Source: Amphiscolops sp. MND2022
Taxonomy: Eukaryota
Direction: 5' to 3'
DNA length: 64,000 nt
Assembly (NCBI GenBank): GCA_964187785.1
Contig: OZ076413.1
Location: 50,594,001-50,658,000 of the forward strand
The translations under genes and the position numbers were made by a program. Position 1 is the first letter of the stretch; each line of letters begins with the position of its first letter. Of this stretch, positions 51,701 to 64,000 are shown one piece after another. The notes beneath the pieces were generated by a model. It searched no databases. It was not told the DNA's origin and worked only from the letters and a program-made list of their open reading frames with translations.

Positions 51701-54700
51701 TTCACAAAAAGAAAGAGGGGAGTTGTGAAAACAGCCTAGCCACGACAAGTAGGTATTCTTCGTAAGTGTAAGAATCACAAAAAACCAAATTGAAAATAGC
51801 TCGAAAAGTGGCACTATTGGGTTCAAAGTGTGGTTGAAACATGAATGGAGTTGAAAGCATGTTATAATCAACAATACAGTAATGTAATTGGAGAAAAGAA
51901 CAATAAACAGACTTAACAATATTCAGCTGTAAATTAACTAAAACGATAGCCGCCCCTTGCAGTATACCTTTTACCGTCAATAAAGTCAGTATCCATGTAT
52001 TTAATTAATCTTATGATACTCTGAGAAACCGAAAGACAAACGATCATCGAAAATGCGGAATGCCAGCTTCATTTATATATCAAAAGCTGTAAACGTATGC
52101 TTGGTGTTACTCGGTTTATGTCACATCAATAATGTAGCGTATTCATGTCAATGTCTTTTTGGTCCGATGAATCAATGTTAACCCACTTCGAAGGCTCAAA
52201 ACTTAAGTCAACTTTTTTTCTTCGACAAGATGAGACAGGATGAAGCACCAAAGTGAAAAATTTATACAAACTATTGTTCATTATTACAAGATGTCTCAAC
52301 GAGAAATATGTTATCTTCCACAGCAGTCTCTACGGGTATCACTGGGTATCATCGGGGATGAAAGGTCCAGGGTCTCACAGAGACGAAATCGGAAGGTATC
52401 AATAATTTGTAACCAGGGAACAAGTTTTTATGGTCTTCAATAGCGCCCAGGAGATAAATTGCATCATCATGATGGAAGCAACCGATAATTAGCTTTGGCA
52501 CCGTAAATCTTTCTGGAGACAGTTCCATTGCAGATAACTCGAATAGACTTTATCAATATTAACAAACTGGAAATTCGCTGTAAGGGCACTTAACCCTAAT
52601 TAACCTAGTGATACTTTAAAGCAGCGTACCGTTTTTTCATCTTTTGTTTGCTTTTGCCAACAGCCCATATTCTCTAGCACTTTTGTTTCAACCGTCCTTT
52701 GGTACCTAGATTGATTCGAACGGCACAAGCGTTAGAAAAAGTGAATGTCTCCAAATCTGGGAAAAATGTTTTCTTTTGCACAAAAAATTGTTATACTTTT
52801 CCAAAATTCAGTTTTTGGCGAAATCCGGTTTTCTCAAAAGTCTTTGACCAATAGAAAAAAGCATTCCCTTACCCTTTCACGACAAGCAACAAACCCCAAT
52901 AATATCCTGTTGTTATTACAAGCCCACGCGTAGCGGGTCGCTTGAAGTGCGGAACTGTCGCGAAGCTGCGGTACTGGAAAAAGAAACTAAAATTCTGGAG
53001 AAGGGGGCGCGCGACGACAGGGGCTCACCTGAGCAAAATGAAAGCCCAATACCAGACCTTTCAAACGCGCTATAGTTCGTTTCTCTGGTACGCGTAGTTG
53101 TGGAGATATTAATTTTCAAAATTTTTATTAATTTTTTTTTGAAAATTTGCAAAAACGGCCCAGGTCAATTAGGGTTAACACACTTTGAACTGTTGTCGGC
53201 TGGAATATATACCTCCTTCAGCAACAACTCGTTTAAAGTATGTATCCAGCACAGTCTGAAACTGTAATGGAAGCATGAAAACCATGAAAAAGTAATCTGT
53301 GAGAAGGCACCATATAAACAATAAGAACAAGCCGGGAACGGCCCAAGTCGGCGCCATATCTAAGGCTCAAAAAGACTCGAAAACCATTTTTTCTACAACT
53401 GGAGACAACAAAAGCTCTCAAAAAACTAAAAATTTAGAAAAAAATTTCCGAATTTTTTTTGAATTTTTTTTCGAAGTTTCCGGTAAGTCGCCGGAAGTAG
53501 CGTTATTATCTTCATTTGCTAGTTTAAACCAGCCTACCACTGGAAAGCCTTGACAAACTTCCACTGCTGCTGTAAGTGTGATCACGACTTCTTCCATATT
53601 AAAAACGTCGAGGTCCTCACTACAGAGGAACTTGGCCAATACAGAAGAATCAATGAAGACTCTTGTGGCGTTCGTCGACGTAATCGTGAAAGTGTCGTCG
53701 CCAGTGACACCATCATTCAATTCGTTGCATGTGAAGCTAATGCTCAGGGCCCAGTGCTTTTTCGAGTCCGCTATCGAACAACCACAGCTGCTGCCGTCTA
53801 CTTACCTGACGTCAAAGTCTGTAGCCTTAAAATCAAACAAGACGTAGCTGGCAGTGCTAACGTCACTAGGAGGCCATAGAAAGTTGTGTAACCTTTCACA
53901 GGGTACAAGAGGTTCTCCAGTCGAAAACAACACGTTCTGGGTTCCGTTCACTGTACCCACTACTTTGGGAGCCAAAACCCAAACTGGAAGTTCAGGTTCA
54001 ATCACTTTACCCAAGCAAAGGAGACGCTTTGATTCTTCGGGTGTTTTTGTGAATGTCAGAAAGACATAATTGAGTCCCCTCGATACCCAGAACAGCAAAA
54101 CCTATCATAATTCACAACTTCTTGCAGTCGTGTATTGTGTGGAAGGCCCGGGACGACTTCGAATAGTTGATTCGCTTCTGACAAGCCGCGGCATAGAGAA
54201 ACACAGCGAATTCTGAATCTGCCCTCCAACGAGTAGTCCTCGTCTGCAAATTGGTTATATTCAGTTGCAGTGAAGTGTCGCTCCACCTCGGCGTGTACTT
54301 CTACCAGACTTCTACCAATCTTGACGTACCCGGCTGACCGTATAGCTGTTACTGGAAAAAATGGAGCAACATAAGACAACACGAAACAATACCACAACTA
54401 TTACTGGATTATGGAAGAAAATAGGGAAAAAATGCTGGAGAACTTCAACTTAGTTCAAACAAAAGAACAAAGTCATCAAAAGGATCAAAACAATATGTAG
54501 CAAATATTATAGCGCAGCCTGAAATATTGTGTAGCGGTGTCAATGTTCCACATTGAACAAACACTGGTCAACCGAAATCACCAGACAGCATCATAGTTAG
54601 GAAATGATCTCTCAAAGTATCAACCCGAAAGTCGAACAAGGTTTCTCGAGATAGATTCAGCAACAACATAATTCATTCGTTGAATGATTGGAAATTGAAT

Positions 54701-57700
54701 GCAAAAGCAGCTAAACACCAAGTTCTCAAATGCATCTTTGCGGTGAGACGGCATGTCACCCGAGTTGTGCCGACTCAACTCTTCCAACGAATTGTCAACG
54801 GTCTTCCCCACAAAGTTGCTTTCTAAGAGGTGTCACATCGCCTCACAAGGAGATATACAATGCCGTTATCAACTGTGTGTATTTCGGTAACTATATGTTT
54901 CATGAAAAGACTCGGAAGAACTAGTTGATATATCCAGGTTTCGTTTTCATTTTTTGAAGCGATTGAAGCCTCTGCTCTACCAGCAATTCTTGGTTTCAAG
55001 TTCTTTGGCGAATAGCTCTGACTGCAACCAAAGTGTCTCCACTAAAAAGAGAAACAGATGATAGAACAAAAAGCAATGTTGTTGTCTACAAAATATGCTA
55101 GAGTCATAGAATAAATAGTAGAATAAATGTCATCATTCAGAAACAGTTTTAATGCCTAACCGATGAAATTAACATAAGACAATTGTTTTACTCGACTCAA
55201 AATAACGTACAATTGTGACGTCAACCAGAGACAGTAATCAGCTTCTATCAATGCAATATGTGTAGCTATTTCGTCAAACGTCTTCCATTAATTTGCGACA
55301 TGTAGCAGCCATGTAACTGTTAAATGGAAGCTGCGTACGTCTCAGTGATGAATAACCCCAAGGCTTACTGAATGTGGTCGCCTTTTGAATCCTTCGCTTT
55401 GGCCATGCTCTGAATAGTTGTAGCTCCATACGTTGATCCTGGAGAATATAGTCGGTGCAACGTATACCAAAATTGATGCAAAAGAATGTAGTGGCAATTC
55501 AGCAAGAACCGCAACTTGTCCTTGCCAGAGATTCACGGTTAATCGCAGAAGGCAGTGTTCGTGAAGCAACAGTTTTCACGGTTCTCTACACTTCCAGCAA
55601 ATTGAGCTGATGCATTTTCCGTCACTGTCACTCAGAGAAAGTGGAACACATTTCTTCAAATGCAATAAACAATACAGTTGGAACTCCAGAGCAGCTAATA
55701 ATACTCTGATACTGCAATACCGCCCCCTGTTCAGCTCGTTCCTTCTCAAATACTATCATTACTGTCTTGTCTCGGAGATTAGCCTAATTGTCCCCGAAAT
55801 AACAGCAACTTTTCAACTAATCGCAATGTAAGTTATGTCTTCATCCTGTACAATTTTCCTTGACATGGCATTCAAAACATCTTGTCCTCCAATATGGTTT
55901 GTTTTAACAAAGTATCACAAAACTTTGCTGTTGAATTCAAATTTTGATCGAAGACAGGAAAATGTCAGGGCCTGAAATAGCAAGCAACTGATTATTGTCG
56001 TCATTGGCAATAATCATAACTTCTTCGAACGTTACACTGCAGTTGCGTATTTTTTGTCGTACTAAATCCATAACTCAGGCCAATAATTCAGCGTTCACTA
56101 GACCACTCGGACCGTCAGGTTTTTTCAGAGCCGTCTCTGCTGCAGTAAGCACATCATCGTTTGTGTTGACTACAATACAAAAAAGACTATGATTGCAGTC
56201 GCATCGAAAAAACGAAGCACGGCGGGAAGCTAGGCTTGTTAATGCACTTGAGACCATTCAACATAGCAAGGAGAATCCCGGTAGAAGTTACGTGGCTTTT
56301 TTCTGTTTCCGATTTTCCTAGTATTATTTGATGTTTCAACAGTCGTTGACTTTCCAAGGTAAAGTTCGTAACGTTGCGAGTAACATGATGCAAAGTCTCA
56401 TACTGTTCAGCAAATGACACGCTCGACTGGCATGGCATTTGAAACCAATCAGGTATCCAAACTCCATTGCCATGGCTGTCCAATTGAGCAGATATGTTGC
56501 ACACATTGGCTGGTGACAATTGTTGAAATTTATTCTTCACATGATTGTGTATTTGATTTTCTGTTTGCAACACCAGGTTCTTCATCAACACACAAGGGTA
56601 CGGAGTGACAATGGCATCATCATGCCTAAACATAGCCATAATGGCATCATGAGCCGATACCAGTCTAGTGCAGAAAGCACTATTACGTCCAGGCAAAAAT
56701 ATTAGTTGCTCAAACATGTAATGTTTGAGTGAACTCGAACCTGTCTCTTCGATTGAGCCACGGTCAGAGGATATATTGCACGTCTTGGAACATTGTCTGA
56801 GAGAACCAAAAGCAAACAGGTATAACCCAGTTTCGAACTCTCCCATAGCGTACATAAGATGAAGTAAAAACTGCAAGGAGTCACGATCATTCATCTTCGA
56901 GTAGACAACAACCGTGAGAGATGGTAAAATAGAGTTGTCTTCAGCTATATAAACACGAGAATAGGATTCTCCAATGTTTCCACTACATTCTTCAAATAGT
57001 TCAGTTGTCGTTGATAACATTATAATGGTTACAGATATATTTTTGAAAGTAAGCACAGAACCAGCTCTAGTTTGAACAGAATAACTGCAACCATCAATCC
57101 AAGTTCGAGGATACATTTTGTAAAGATGCACGCAATTTATAGAAAGGAAGGAATTGTATGCCTTCACGAAGAGAAAAGTAACCATTAACAGTATTCAAAA
57201 CAGTCATGTGCGGTGGCCTTATGAAAAACATGGCTATTTTGTCCGTTGTGACATCAGACTCCACCAGAGTGTCAGCAATTATTCGTTTCTGATTTGTCGA
57301 AAAATGACAAGTAACCGGGAGGTTCATGTCTTCGTGCAATCTAAATAATTAATTAATCGACAGGAATTTTTGTCGTTGGTTTTTTCGGTGAGGCCACGAT
57401 ATTCAAGAACAACAGTTGGCACATGAATGAAATTGAAATGACATCACAGACGGCAAACCCAAACTCCACCACAGAAATTCAGTCTGTGCTACATGAACAC
57501 CAGCGATACCCTTCACATCACTTTTCGAAACTTTATCGTGCATCAGCTGTATATTGACACCATTAATCTTCGTGTTACTTAGTTCTCCACAAGACATAGA
57601 GTGTTCCCCGCTTGCGCGGCTTTTATTATAACTTCAGGGTGCTCCTTTTCAGCTGCGTATTTGTTTCAATACTTGGAACTGAAATTTTTGTTACTAATAA

Positions 57701-60700
57701 TGCATTACCACTCGAACGTGTCGAGGCAAACAAGGTAGGGGATGAAGGCATGATGTGCCCTTCTTTGACAGATGCATGAGATTATTACTGCCACGATCAG
57801 ATTACTGCCTGAATCTCATATGGCTGAAGAAAACGTTTAAAAATGAGTTGTTTAAAAACGTTTACAAATCCGTGTCAGTTTTTTCGCAGTTACTCGTCAA
57901 ATTTTTCCTCAATGCTCTAGGATTTTCCTCTAGAATTCTATCCTATCAGTTTCTCTTTTTTCAGCATGTACAAGGAGTGTTTGCACCTCATTTGAACAAT
58001 GCAGTCACAGTTTGCCACAATGCGAAGCTTCGACAGATGGTAGTTTCTACGAACAGGTAATTTCTAATCTTCGTTTGCAATGTCTTCGTTGCAGAGCATC
58101 TTTTTTACAGAATAGAGCTTATATTTTTGTTTCAGTGGTTTCATTCAAATCTACGTCGTTAACGAGCTGAGCAAAGAGTTGCTTCTAATTAGCAAATATG
58201 ATTTAAAGCATCAACTTTTATCGCGCTCCGGTTAGCAACTCACTTTGAATTTTCCCAATTCAGTTTTATTGTATACATTGTAGTTTTTACTGTTTCTTCA
58301 AGTTGAAGTTAGAATTTTCCTAATTGTTCCAAATTTAAAGAAAACATTTTCATATGAATTAAAAATTGTCTTCAATTATTTGTGGTATTGTCAAATGAAC
58401 TTGCTGCAATATTGAGTTCTGCAAAGTTTGAGTTTGTGGGTAACATACCTCCTTGACTATTTTTCCGCTCATATCTCAGTCGCGTTTTTTTCTTCAAATG
58501 CCATATTTCTCATTTGACGCTCAGAAGATAACGGTTTTCCAGAGAATCCAACAACGAAAAACTCGGGTTTGTAGTATTTGAGCTTTTAGTAAAAGTTTTG
58601 CAGTGTATTGACTACGACCGAGCCCAAAAATGTCGCTTAGATGTCGAAAAATATCGCTGTGCTCAGTGGGCATAATGAATGGAACAATTGAGAATTATCT
58701 GCAAAAACTTTTTGTTGCAGTTCAGCATTTTGCGACAAAACTCAGTGTGACGTCAGATGGTCTTGCATTGTGCGCGATGCTGAGCAACAAGACAATCCAC
58801 ATGTACTCCATATTCGGGAGCCTTCTGTGGGAATCTTCCAGTTGGAACTTCAAAGTTAGAAGATTTTCCCGCTAGTTTAATGGAGTTGTGTTGCCGAAGA
58901 CGTTTAATGCTACTGCAAATGAAACTCGGAGCAAACTAGATATTGATCACAAGCAGTTTTGTATCCTTTTAAATTGACAAAACGGGGTCGTCTTCTTAAA
59001 TCAACGCCCCGCTTAAGGGATCAGCGCTGGCTCCTAACCACTAGGTCAAGCAAGCGATGTGAACAAAGTAACGTGCCAAGTCGGCATCCCACTTGAGGCT
59101 CAAAAAGTGCACTGTTTAAAATATGCTCAGGGAATTTTTGAAATAAAATCTCTCAAAAATAAGAAAGAGCCTTTCGTGCTCGGAAAACGCTTTTTTGTAA
59201 CTAAAAACGCCAAAAAAGCGGAATTAAAATTGTGTCAAATTTCAGCAAACTGGATTTTCATAATTGACTAATTAGTCTCATTGCTTTTTTGGGAGTAGCA
59301 CCCAATTAGTGGCAAATGTCCTAATAGCATTTTGCATGTAGTAGCAAATGTCCTAGTGATAAATGACCTAGTAGCATGTGTCCGGACACCCATTCGGATA
59401 CATTCTGTCATCTCACGTGAAAAACGAGTCACTGTAACAGTCGAGCATATTCTTACAAAATGTGTCAACTAATAATGAAAACTTCATCGCGAATGTACTC
59501 GAAATCTAAAAGTACTATGTCAATATATTAAGCGGCACAGCTGTAGGTTTCATTGGCAAAAACTCACAAGCTTCTTAAAAACAATAATCAGCGATTGTAG
59601 GCGATGTTGGTAATTGTTGAATATATCTGGCGATACGGTTTTTGTACCAAAGATCCAAGCACATGTGAATAACGATGGCATCATTGCCAAAAACAGGGTG
59701 TCTAAGAGCTTTCGTTTGATGTTCATAGTTCATATTGGTTTAATTTTCATGCTTTTCGCAATCCCTAAATGATCTTTTCTATCAAAGGGTGTCTCATGTG
59801 CTGCAATTCATCCCAGAGGAGACCAATTGTGCTGTAGCTGCAGTCTGCTCAACACAAAGGAGGACTCGGCTGATCACAACAGTATCACTATCGTCCAATC
59901 ACTGTTGAGGAACAGCCCTTCCATTTGCTCTTCTCCGGTGAGGAGTTTTCTTAATTTAATCAAATAGCACCGGTTAATCAGTTGAAGTTTGAAATGGTTG
60001 TAGCATTTGCAAAAGTTTCGACTATAGTGTTGAACTATATTGTGTTTCTTCTTATTATAAATGTGTCCGCCGCCGTGGTTTTTTGTTTTTGGACGATGGA
60101 CGGAGAATAAAACTCCGTTAAATTAACCGATTTTGTTAAATTAACCGTTTTGTTAAAATAAGAAATGAGGCATAAAAAACATTCTAGTGAACTCTCAGTG
60201 CATCCGTCGAATCGTCATAACCACAAGGAACTTTTCAACGAAAAAATTCGATTGTGTCAAGAACTGTCTGCTCAGATTATATTGAATCAAAAAATTATCA
60301 GGTCCCATTTTCCACGGTTTAGTAGCTGGGGGTATCCGCATACTTTTTTCTAAACCATTACGAAGGATTGCCTGCTTTTTGATCGTCTAATCTTTGTCTC
60401 TGTTTCAGAGTTTGAGTGGTTTCATCCTGTTACATGGTCAAGATAGGGCGTTGCTGAGTAGCAATAAAGACTTCGAGTCGTCCAACGTTGTGAAGCACTG
60501 GAAACAAGTGAAGGTTGGTGCTCTTGATTCTCATTTATCATCACAGATTATATGCGTGAATGAGTTAATTGAGTTAATTGAACTGGTTATTTCAGCTCCC
60601 TCCGTCCTACTTGAACGGCACCTCGGCAATCAAAGTGAGTTTATATTCTGCAATTTGGAAATTTTTTAAAAAAATGAGTGAAACAGTGTATTGTACAGTG

Positions 60701-63204
60701 AAATTACTACTGGGAAGCCTGATTTGAATAGAACTAAATAATACTCCGACTTGATTGCACATGACGAAGTTTTTTTGCACAGCTAACTAAGTTTTTTTTC
60801 CACAATAGTCAACTTCATAATGAGCGCCTTTTAGATAAAAGCCAAAACCCCAGAGAGATTCGAACCTGCAGCCTCCCGATTGCACGGCATAAGTGTTGAC
60901 CACTGTGCCATAGGGACGTTATTGAACAAAGTTGAACTGTTGAATATATACGCATGCGATTAAAATAATATATACGCATATCAAAATAATCGATGTCTTC
61001 GTCATGTGTTGCGAAGCACCGCTTCGCCTCTGTGTTTAGATTGCATTGCATTTCTCTTCATTACATGGTGTCTTGAAAACCGAAGAATGGATGATGTCTG
61101 AACTATTCGGATACCTATAAAGCGGGATTTTGGTTGATCCAAAACTGTTGTCAATACCTTTTGAGTCGGTCCTCGTATCAATCCCAGAGTTGTGTACTGA
61201 TTGATAATGATTTACGGTATTATTCGTTTCAGTATTCATGTGTAGATGAATCTGGGAACAATTTGGCTCTAGCTGCCGAATATGGAGTGGTGCTATACGA
61301 CTTTGAACACCTGCGGTGGAAGCTCTTCGGAAACGAGTGCCAAGTTAGAATGGTTTTGGTTTCACACATTGTAGGTGTGTCATTTCTCAAATTTGATAAA
61401 TAACAGATGTCACCTAGGCAAAAAAGCTTGATACCTTCGTTCTTAACACCATTTTTTTCAAAAGTAAAATTTGAACATTTTTTTTCAAAATAACACTTAA
61501 GCATTAAGTTAGCGCTAAATATCATTTTTGATTAAGTTTTGAATAGTTGTTATTTTAATCTAGGAGAAAGAGATATCAGTGTGCGGAGGAATGGCCTGGT
61601 TTGAAGAATTCATCGTGTTCACTTGTCGCAATAATGATGCTTTCAGATATGAGGTTGGAAATCTTTAATGTTGGATTATGATATTTTGATCGGTGAACCT
61701 CTCGTTGCCTGAAGATGGCATATGCAGCCTTATCACAATGGTGTATTTACGATGTTTCCTGATAAAACTGCAGTGGTGTTATGCTTTTAGATTCGGGCTT
61801 ACAGCAAAATGCGCAACTTGGACAACAGTTTCAAAAACTCAGTCCAGCTGTCTTGTGAACCAGTGGTGGTTAATCTCTACAAAAATTTCTTCACAATCTT
61901 GGATCGACAATCCAACCTTCTTTTATTCAAAATATCCAAGTCACAAAAAGGTTATTCAAAATATCCAAGTCACAAAAAGATTATTCACTCGAAGTCTTTT
62001 TACATAAATCGCTGGGTTTCAAAATCAGACCAGTGTTTAGATGTCCCTTTTCAAGTCCCATTCCAACTTTTGTGTTGTCTAAAAATGTTTCTTAGTCCGA
62101 CAAAATAATTCTCACCGGTTGCAATTGACTCTGTGATTGTAGATTGCTGTGATCTGATGAAGGTGCAAGAGACCCCTTTAAATATGTTTGTGCCCTATCC
62201 ACATTCCATCTTATCAATCATGTTCACCGATGTCGGACATCAAATTGGTTAGTTCAAAGTCTGAATTCATCCTATTTTTACAGTCGAAAGTTCTCGACTG
62301 TAAAAACCTGTCTCGTTTGCAACTTGTTTCACGTCGGGAAAAATTTCAGGCAACTGTGCGGTGATGGAGAAAACTCCCAGAAGCTTCTTGATCAATGTAG
62401 CTGGAAGAGTAGCCATCTTCCCGAGAGACCCGATGATTTCAGAATTAGAAATAGCTGAACAAGTGCCTTTGTGCACCCCAAGTGTCATCGCAAACAACGT
62501 CGAGTTCATGTCGCTGTACAGCCCCGTCAAAAACAGTCTTTGCAACAGTGAATACTTCAAAGACTCAGGTCAGCATTTATTTTAATGATTTGGAGAATTT
62601 GATGAAAACCTGTCTATGTTGATAAATGACTTAGAAATGAATAATGATACAAGGTTTTTGTTTCAAGACTCAGGTAAGCACACATCTTTCGTATAGCAGC
62701 GCTATTGCACTTCTATGATGTTATTTATCTGAAAACTCCACGATTGACTACGAAATTTCTGCTAAATATAAATTTCAAAAAAATAGTACCATGTCTTGTC
62801 ACCGAATGGTAAAAAATGATGGTACACAGCTGAAAACATGCGAAACGTTTCTCGTCATTGAAAGATGAAAAGAACAAGGAAAGCAACTTTCTTTCACTTC
62901 TTTAGTGTGGCTCATGTGCGGGGCCTCTGGATTGAAAGCGTGGATATCTTTGCCCTTCGACTCAACCTCTGACGTCACGAGTTTCAATGTGAAGAGAGCC
63001 GTGTTTGTTTTTCACCCCATCAACTACCCTCTGGCCTTCGAGTGCAATTCTGGCTTCCTCATGGGTGTCGACACAGAGAACGTGACGGCTAGCTGTATAG
63101 CTGCATTGAATCCACCACCCAAGAAGCTCCCACCCAGTGCCAATAGTAACTCCAGACATTCCAGAGGCAGCGACCAGATACCTCATTATGTGCTGTCGAA
63201 AACG
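36760..63204 (+). CDS. RIC1: RIC1 (RAB6A GEF complex partner 1 / KIAA1432), multi-exon, continues beyond the window
   Basis: Approximate exons: 36760-36888, 48429-48536, 48612-48682, 48969-49051, 49120-49265, 49953-~50003, 50124-50189 (tentative), 50485-50618, 57965-58056, 58136-58230, 58721-58854, 59788-59937, 60409-60513, 60596-60634, 61233-61343, 61564-61653, 61791-61950, 62143-62247, 62284-62567, 62906-63204. Peptides ALWNDDSDKIAVSTASG, IPFAFDLNPSR, LLHGQDRALL, RWKLFGNECQEKEISVCGGMAWF, RNLDNSF, LINVAGRV and WLMCGASGLKAW align by eye with metazoan RIC1. Confidence 0.88.
38022..38093 (-). other. tRNA-like (Glu-TTC-like) sequence in the left Maverick TIR
   Basis: Minus strand reads agcatagtggttaga (A box) ... 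ttttcat ... ggttggattcc (B-box variant), then a T-run. Confidence 0.6.
38195..38450 (+). pseudogene. EGF-like growth-factor cargo ORF (hydrophobic N-terminus + EGF module), degenerate
   Basis: Hydrophobic IWVVLLTLTFALAIL, N-glycosylation sequons (NDS, NNS, NTT), then FPEEFTGYCMSGGYCFYLEEQKTVACECPDLHGGK. A one-base frameshift gives (R)CEKFLWY. The first EGF Cys is missing and no ATG start is seen. Confidence 0.65.
39720..42560 (+). pseudogene. Protein-primed family-B DNA polymerase (Maverick/Polinton type), heavily frameshifted
   Basis: Ordered motif fragments: DLES, DHCHY, MAHNLS.Y, SLEKL, DTLILACVFEVFR, IELLTD..MVEKMIRGAVAS, LDANNLYGGIM, PLAP, KVHRVLIFRQ..WLEPYMKLNT.KR, YGKT, LNKPTIVGATVLDLAKLHMFEFHY, KEFVGL, LSSFDDKRFI. 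Confidence 0.9.
42810..43380. repeat. Degenerate tandem array (~70-85 bp unit, ~7-8 copies) inside the Maverick
   Basis: Recurring agcaaaata(c/t)t..gct..at..gcc(g)ccc..(g)cggcccc(a)tagc..aaatggaaa modules. Confidence 0.7.
43706..44220 (-). pseudogene. Uncharacterised Maverick-internal ORF (two frameshifted pieces)
   Basis: Minus-strand ORFs 43897-44196 and 43706-43906 overlap and read as protein-like sequence; no family recognised. Confidence 0.45.
46082..46559 (+). mobile_element. HINE/DINE-like element nested in the Maverick
   Basis: tagtcggcgcttttcttaagaaaagagcccgacta ... gcgccgacttgagacgttcccgtcttgtt. Confidence 0.8.
46986..47056 (+). other. tRNA-like (Glu-TTC-like) sequence in the right Maverick TIR
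   Basis: gtagctcagtggttaga (A box), ctttcag loop, ccctggttcgaatccaggg (T-arm with perfect B box), then a ttttt terminator-like run. Acceptor and anticodon stems pair poorly. Confidence 0.7.
52594..53174 (-). mobile_element. piggyBac-like MITE, TTAA TSD
   Basis: ttaa|ccctaattaacct ... aggtcaattaggg|ttaa; inverted homolog of 6444-6988. Confidence 0.85.
53490..54400 (-). pseudogene. Decayed uncharacterised ORF downstream of the helicase remnant
   Basis: Three consecutive minus-strand ORFs (54056-54397, 53802-54098, 53418-53720) join into one protein-like frame with SCGC and FPVVGWFK motifs; cut by a HINE fragment near 53490. Confidence 0.55.
54600..57800 (-). mobile_element. Decayed Helitron-like Rep/PIF1-helicase ORF with a putative C-terminal GIY-YIG-like domain
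   Basis: Minus-strand fragments in order: Y.NKYAAEKE (Rep motif-3-like), TEFLWWSLGLPSV, FFIRPP, degenerate Walker A QIILGKSETEKSHV, TSLASRRA, EHCLLRLTVN, and finally a ..GKT..LEELSRHNSG segment. Confidence 0.6.
60845..61036 (-). mobile_element. tRNA-containing short interspersed repeat (partial second copy at ~29056-29203)
   Basis: Minus strand tggcacagtggtcaacac...ggttcgaatc (A/B boxes); the 60893-61036 segment is nearly identical to 29056-29203. Confidence 0.6.
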
Positions 63205-64000
63205 GTTAGCCTGGCTGTATTTTTGGAATTTTTAGAAACCCTTTATTAGTAGGAATGTGTAATGTTTCAATGCGCTAATGTCACTCAATTTTCAGTTTTT
63301 TTTGTGAATTTACGCCGGTGTTGTGCATTTTGTTTTCCTAGTATTTTCGTCAGCTCCATAAGCACAATTAGAGAAATACTGACAAAGATTTTTGGGCATG
63401 AACATGAGTGACGTCCATTATGGCAAACATTTACGTGACAAAGGAAATGGAATTCGTGTTCTGTAGAAAATCCACACAGACTCGGAACTTTTTAAACTAA
63501 TTCTTGAATTACTAGGTTTATTTTTGAAAGTTTTACTGATATTAACGCAAAGTTTTGAAAATATGCTCAGGACGTTTATGAAAAACTTACAAAAAGCTTT
63601 GAAACACCAAAAGGGTGCCTTTCGTGCTCGGAAAACGCTTCAGAAGTTCGGATATAGCGTGCTGAAACAAATACGAACGCTGTTTTGATCCTACGGCTCC
63701 TCCTCAGGAAAACGCAAATTACTTCGGATATAACTTCAAAAATTCGGATATAGCGTGCTGGGACAAACTGGAGCGCTTATTTTCGAACGTCCGCTTCCTC
63801 CTTAGTAAAACGCATTATAGTTCGGATATAACATCGAAAATTCGGATATAGCGCAATATTTTCGAACCTCTAGAATTTTGAAATAGTGCCGAAAATTGTA
63901 AAGGGAACTCTCCCGTCGAAAATTTTTAACATCCGTTCTGTTGTAAAATATCAAAAAATGAGAAGGGTGGACCCTTGGAGCCATTAAAAGTTTTTCGAAA

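Overview
AT-rich, intron-rich, repeat-dense eukaryotic (animal, invertebrate-like) genomic DNA. Three host genes, all on the + strand: an intronless CMPK2-type UMP-CMP kinase (4422-5735), a 19-exon Diaphanous-related formin (12731-31208) and the 5' part of RIC1 (36760 to beyond the window end). The rest is mostly transposon-derived. There is a decayed RLE-type non-LTR retrotransposon with nested MITEs (1-3767), many Helentron-associated/DINE-like (HINE) non-autonomous elements, piggyBac-, hAT-, Tc1- and Merlin/MULE-like MITEs, and a decayed Helitron-like Rep/PIF1/GIY-YIG element in a RIC1 intron. The most notable object is a ~9.2 kb decayed Maverick/Polinton-type element (37959-47120) in the first RIC1 coding intron. 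It has AGTAGT termini and a 6-bp TSD, its TIRs each contain an outward-facing tRNA-like Pol III unit, and it carries a protein-primed PolB pseudogene and an EGF-like growth-factor cargo ORF. All assignments come from motifs read by eye and exon boundaries were stitched manually; no database searches were run.
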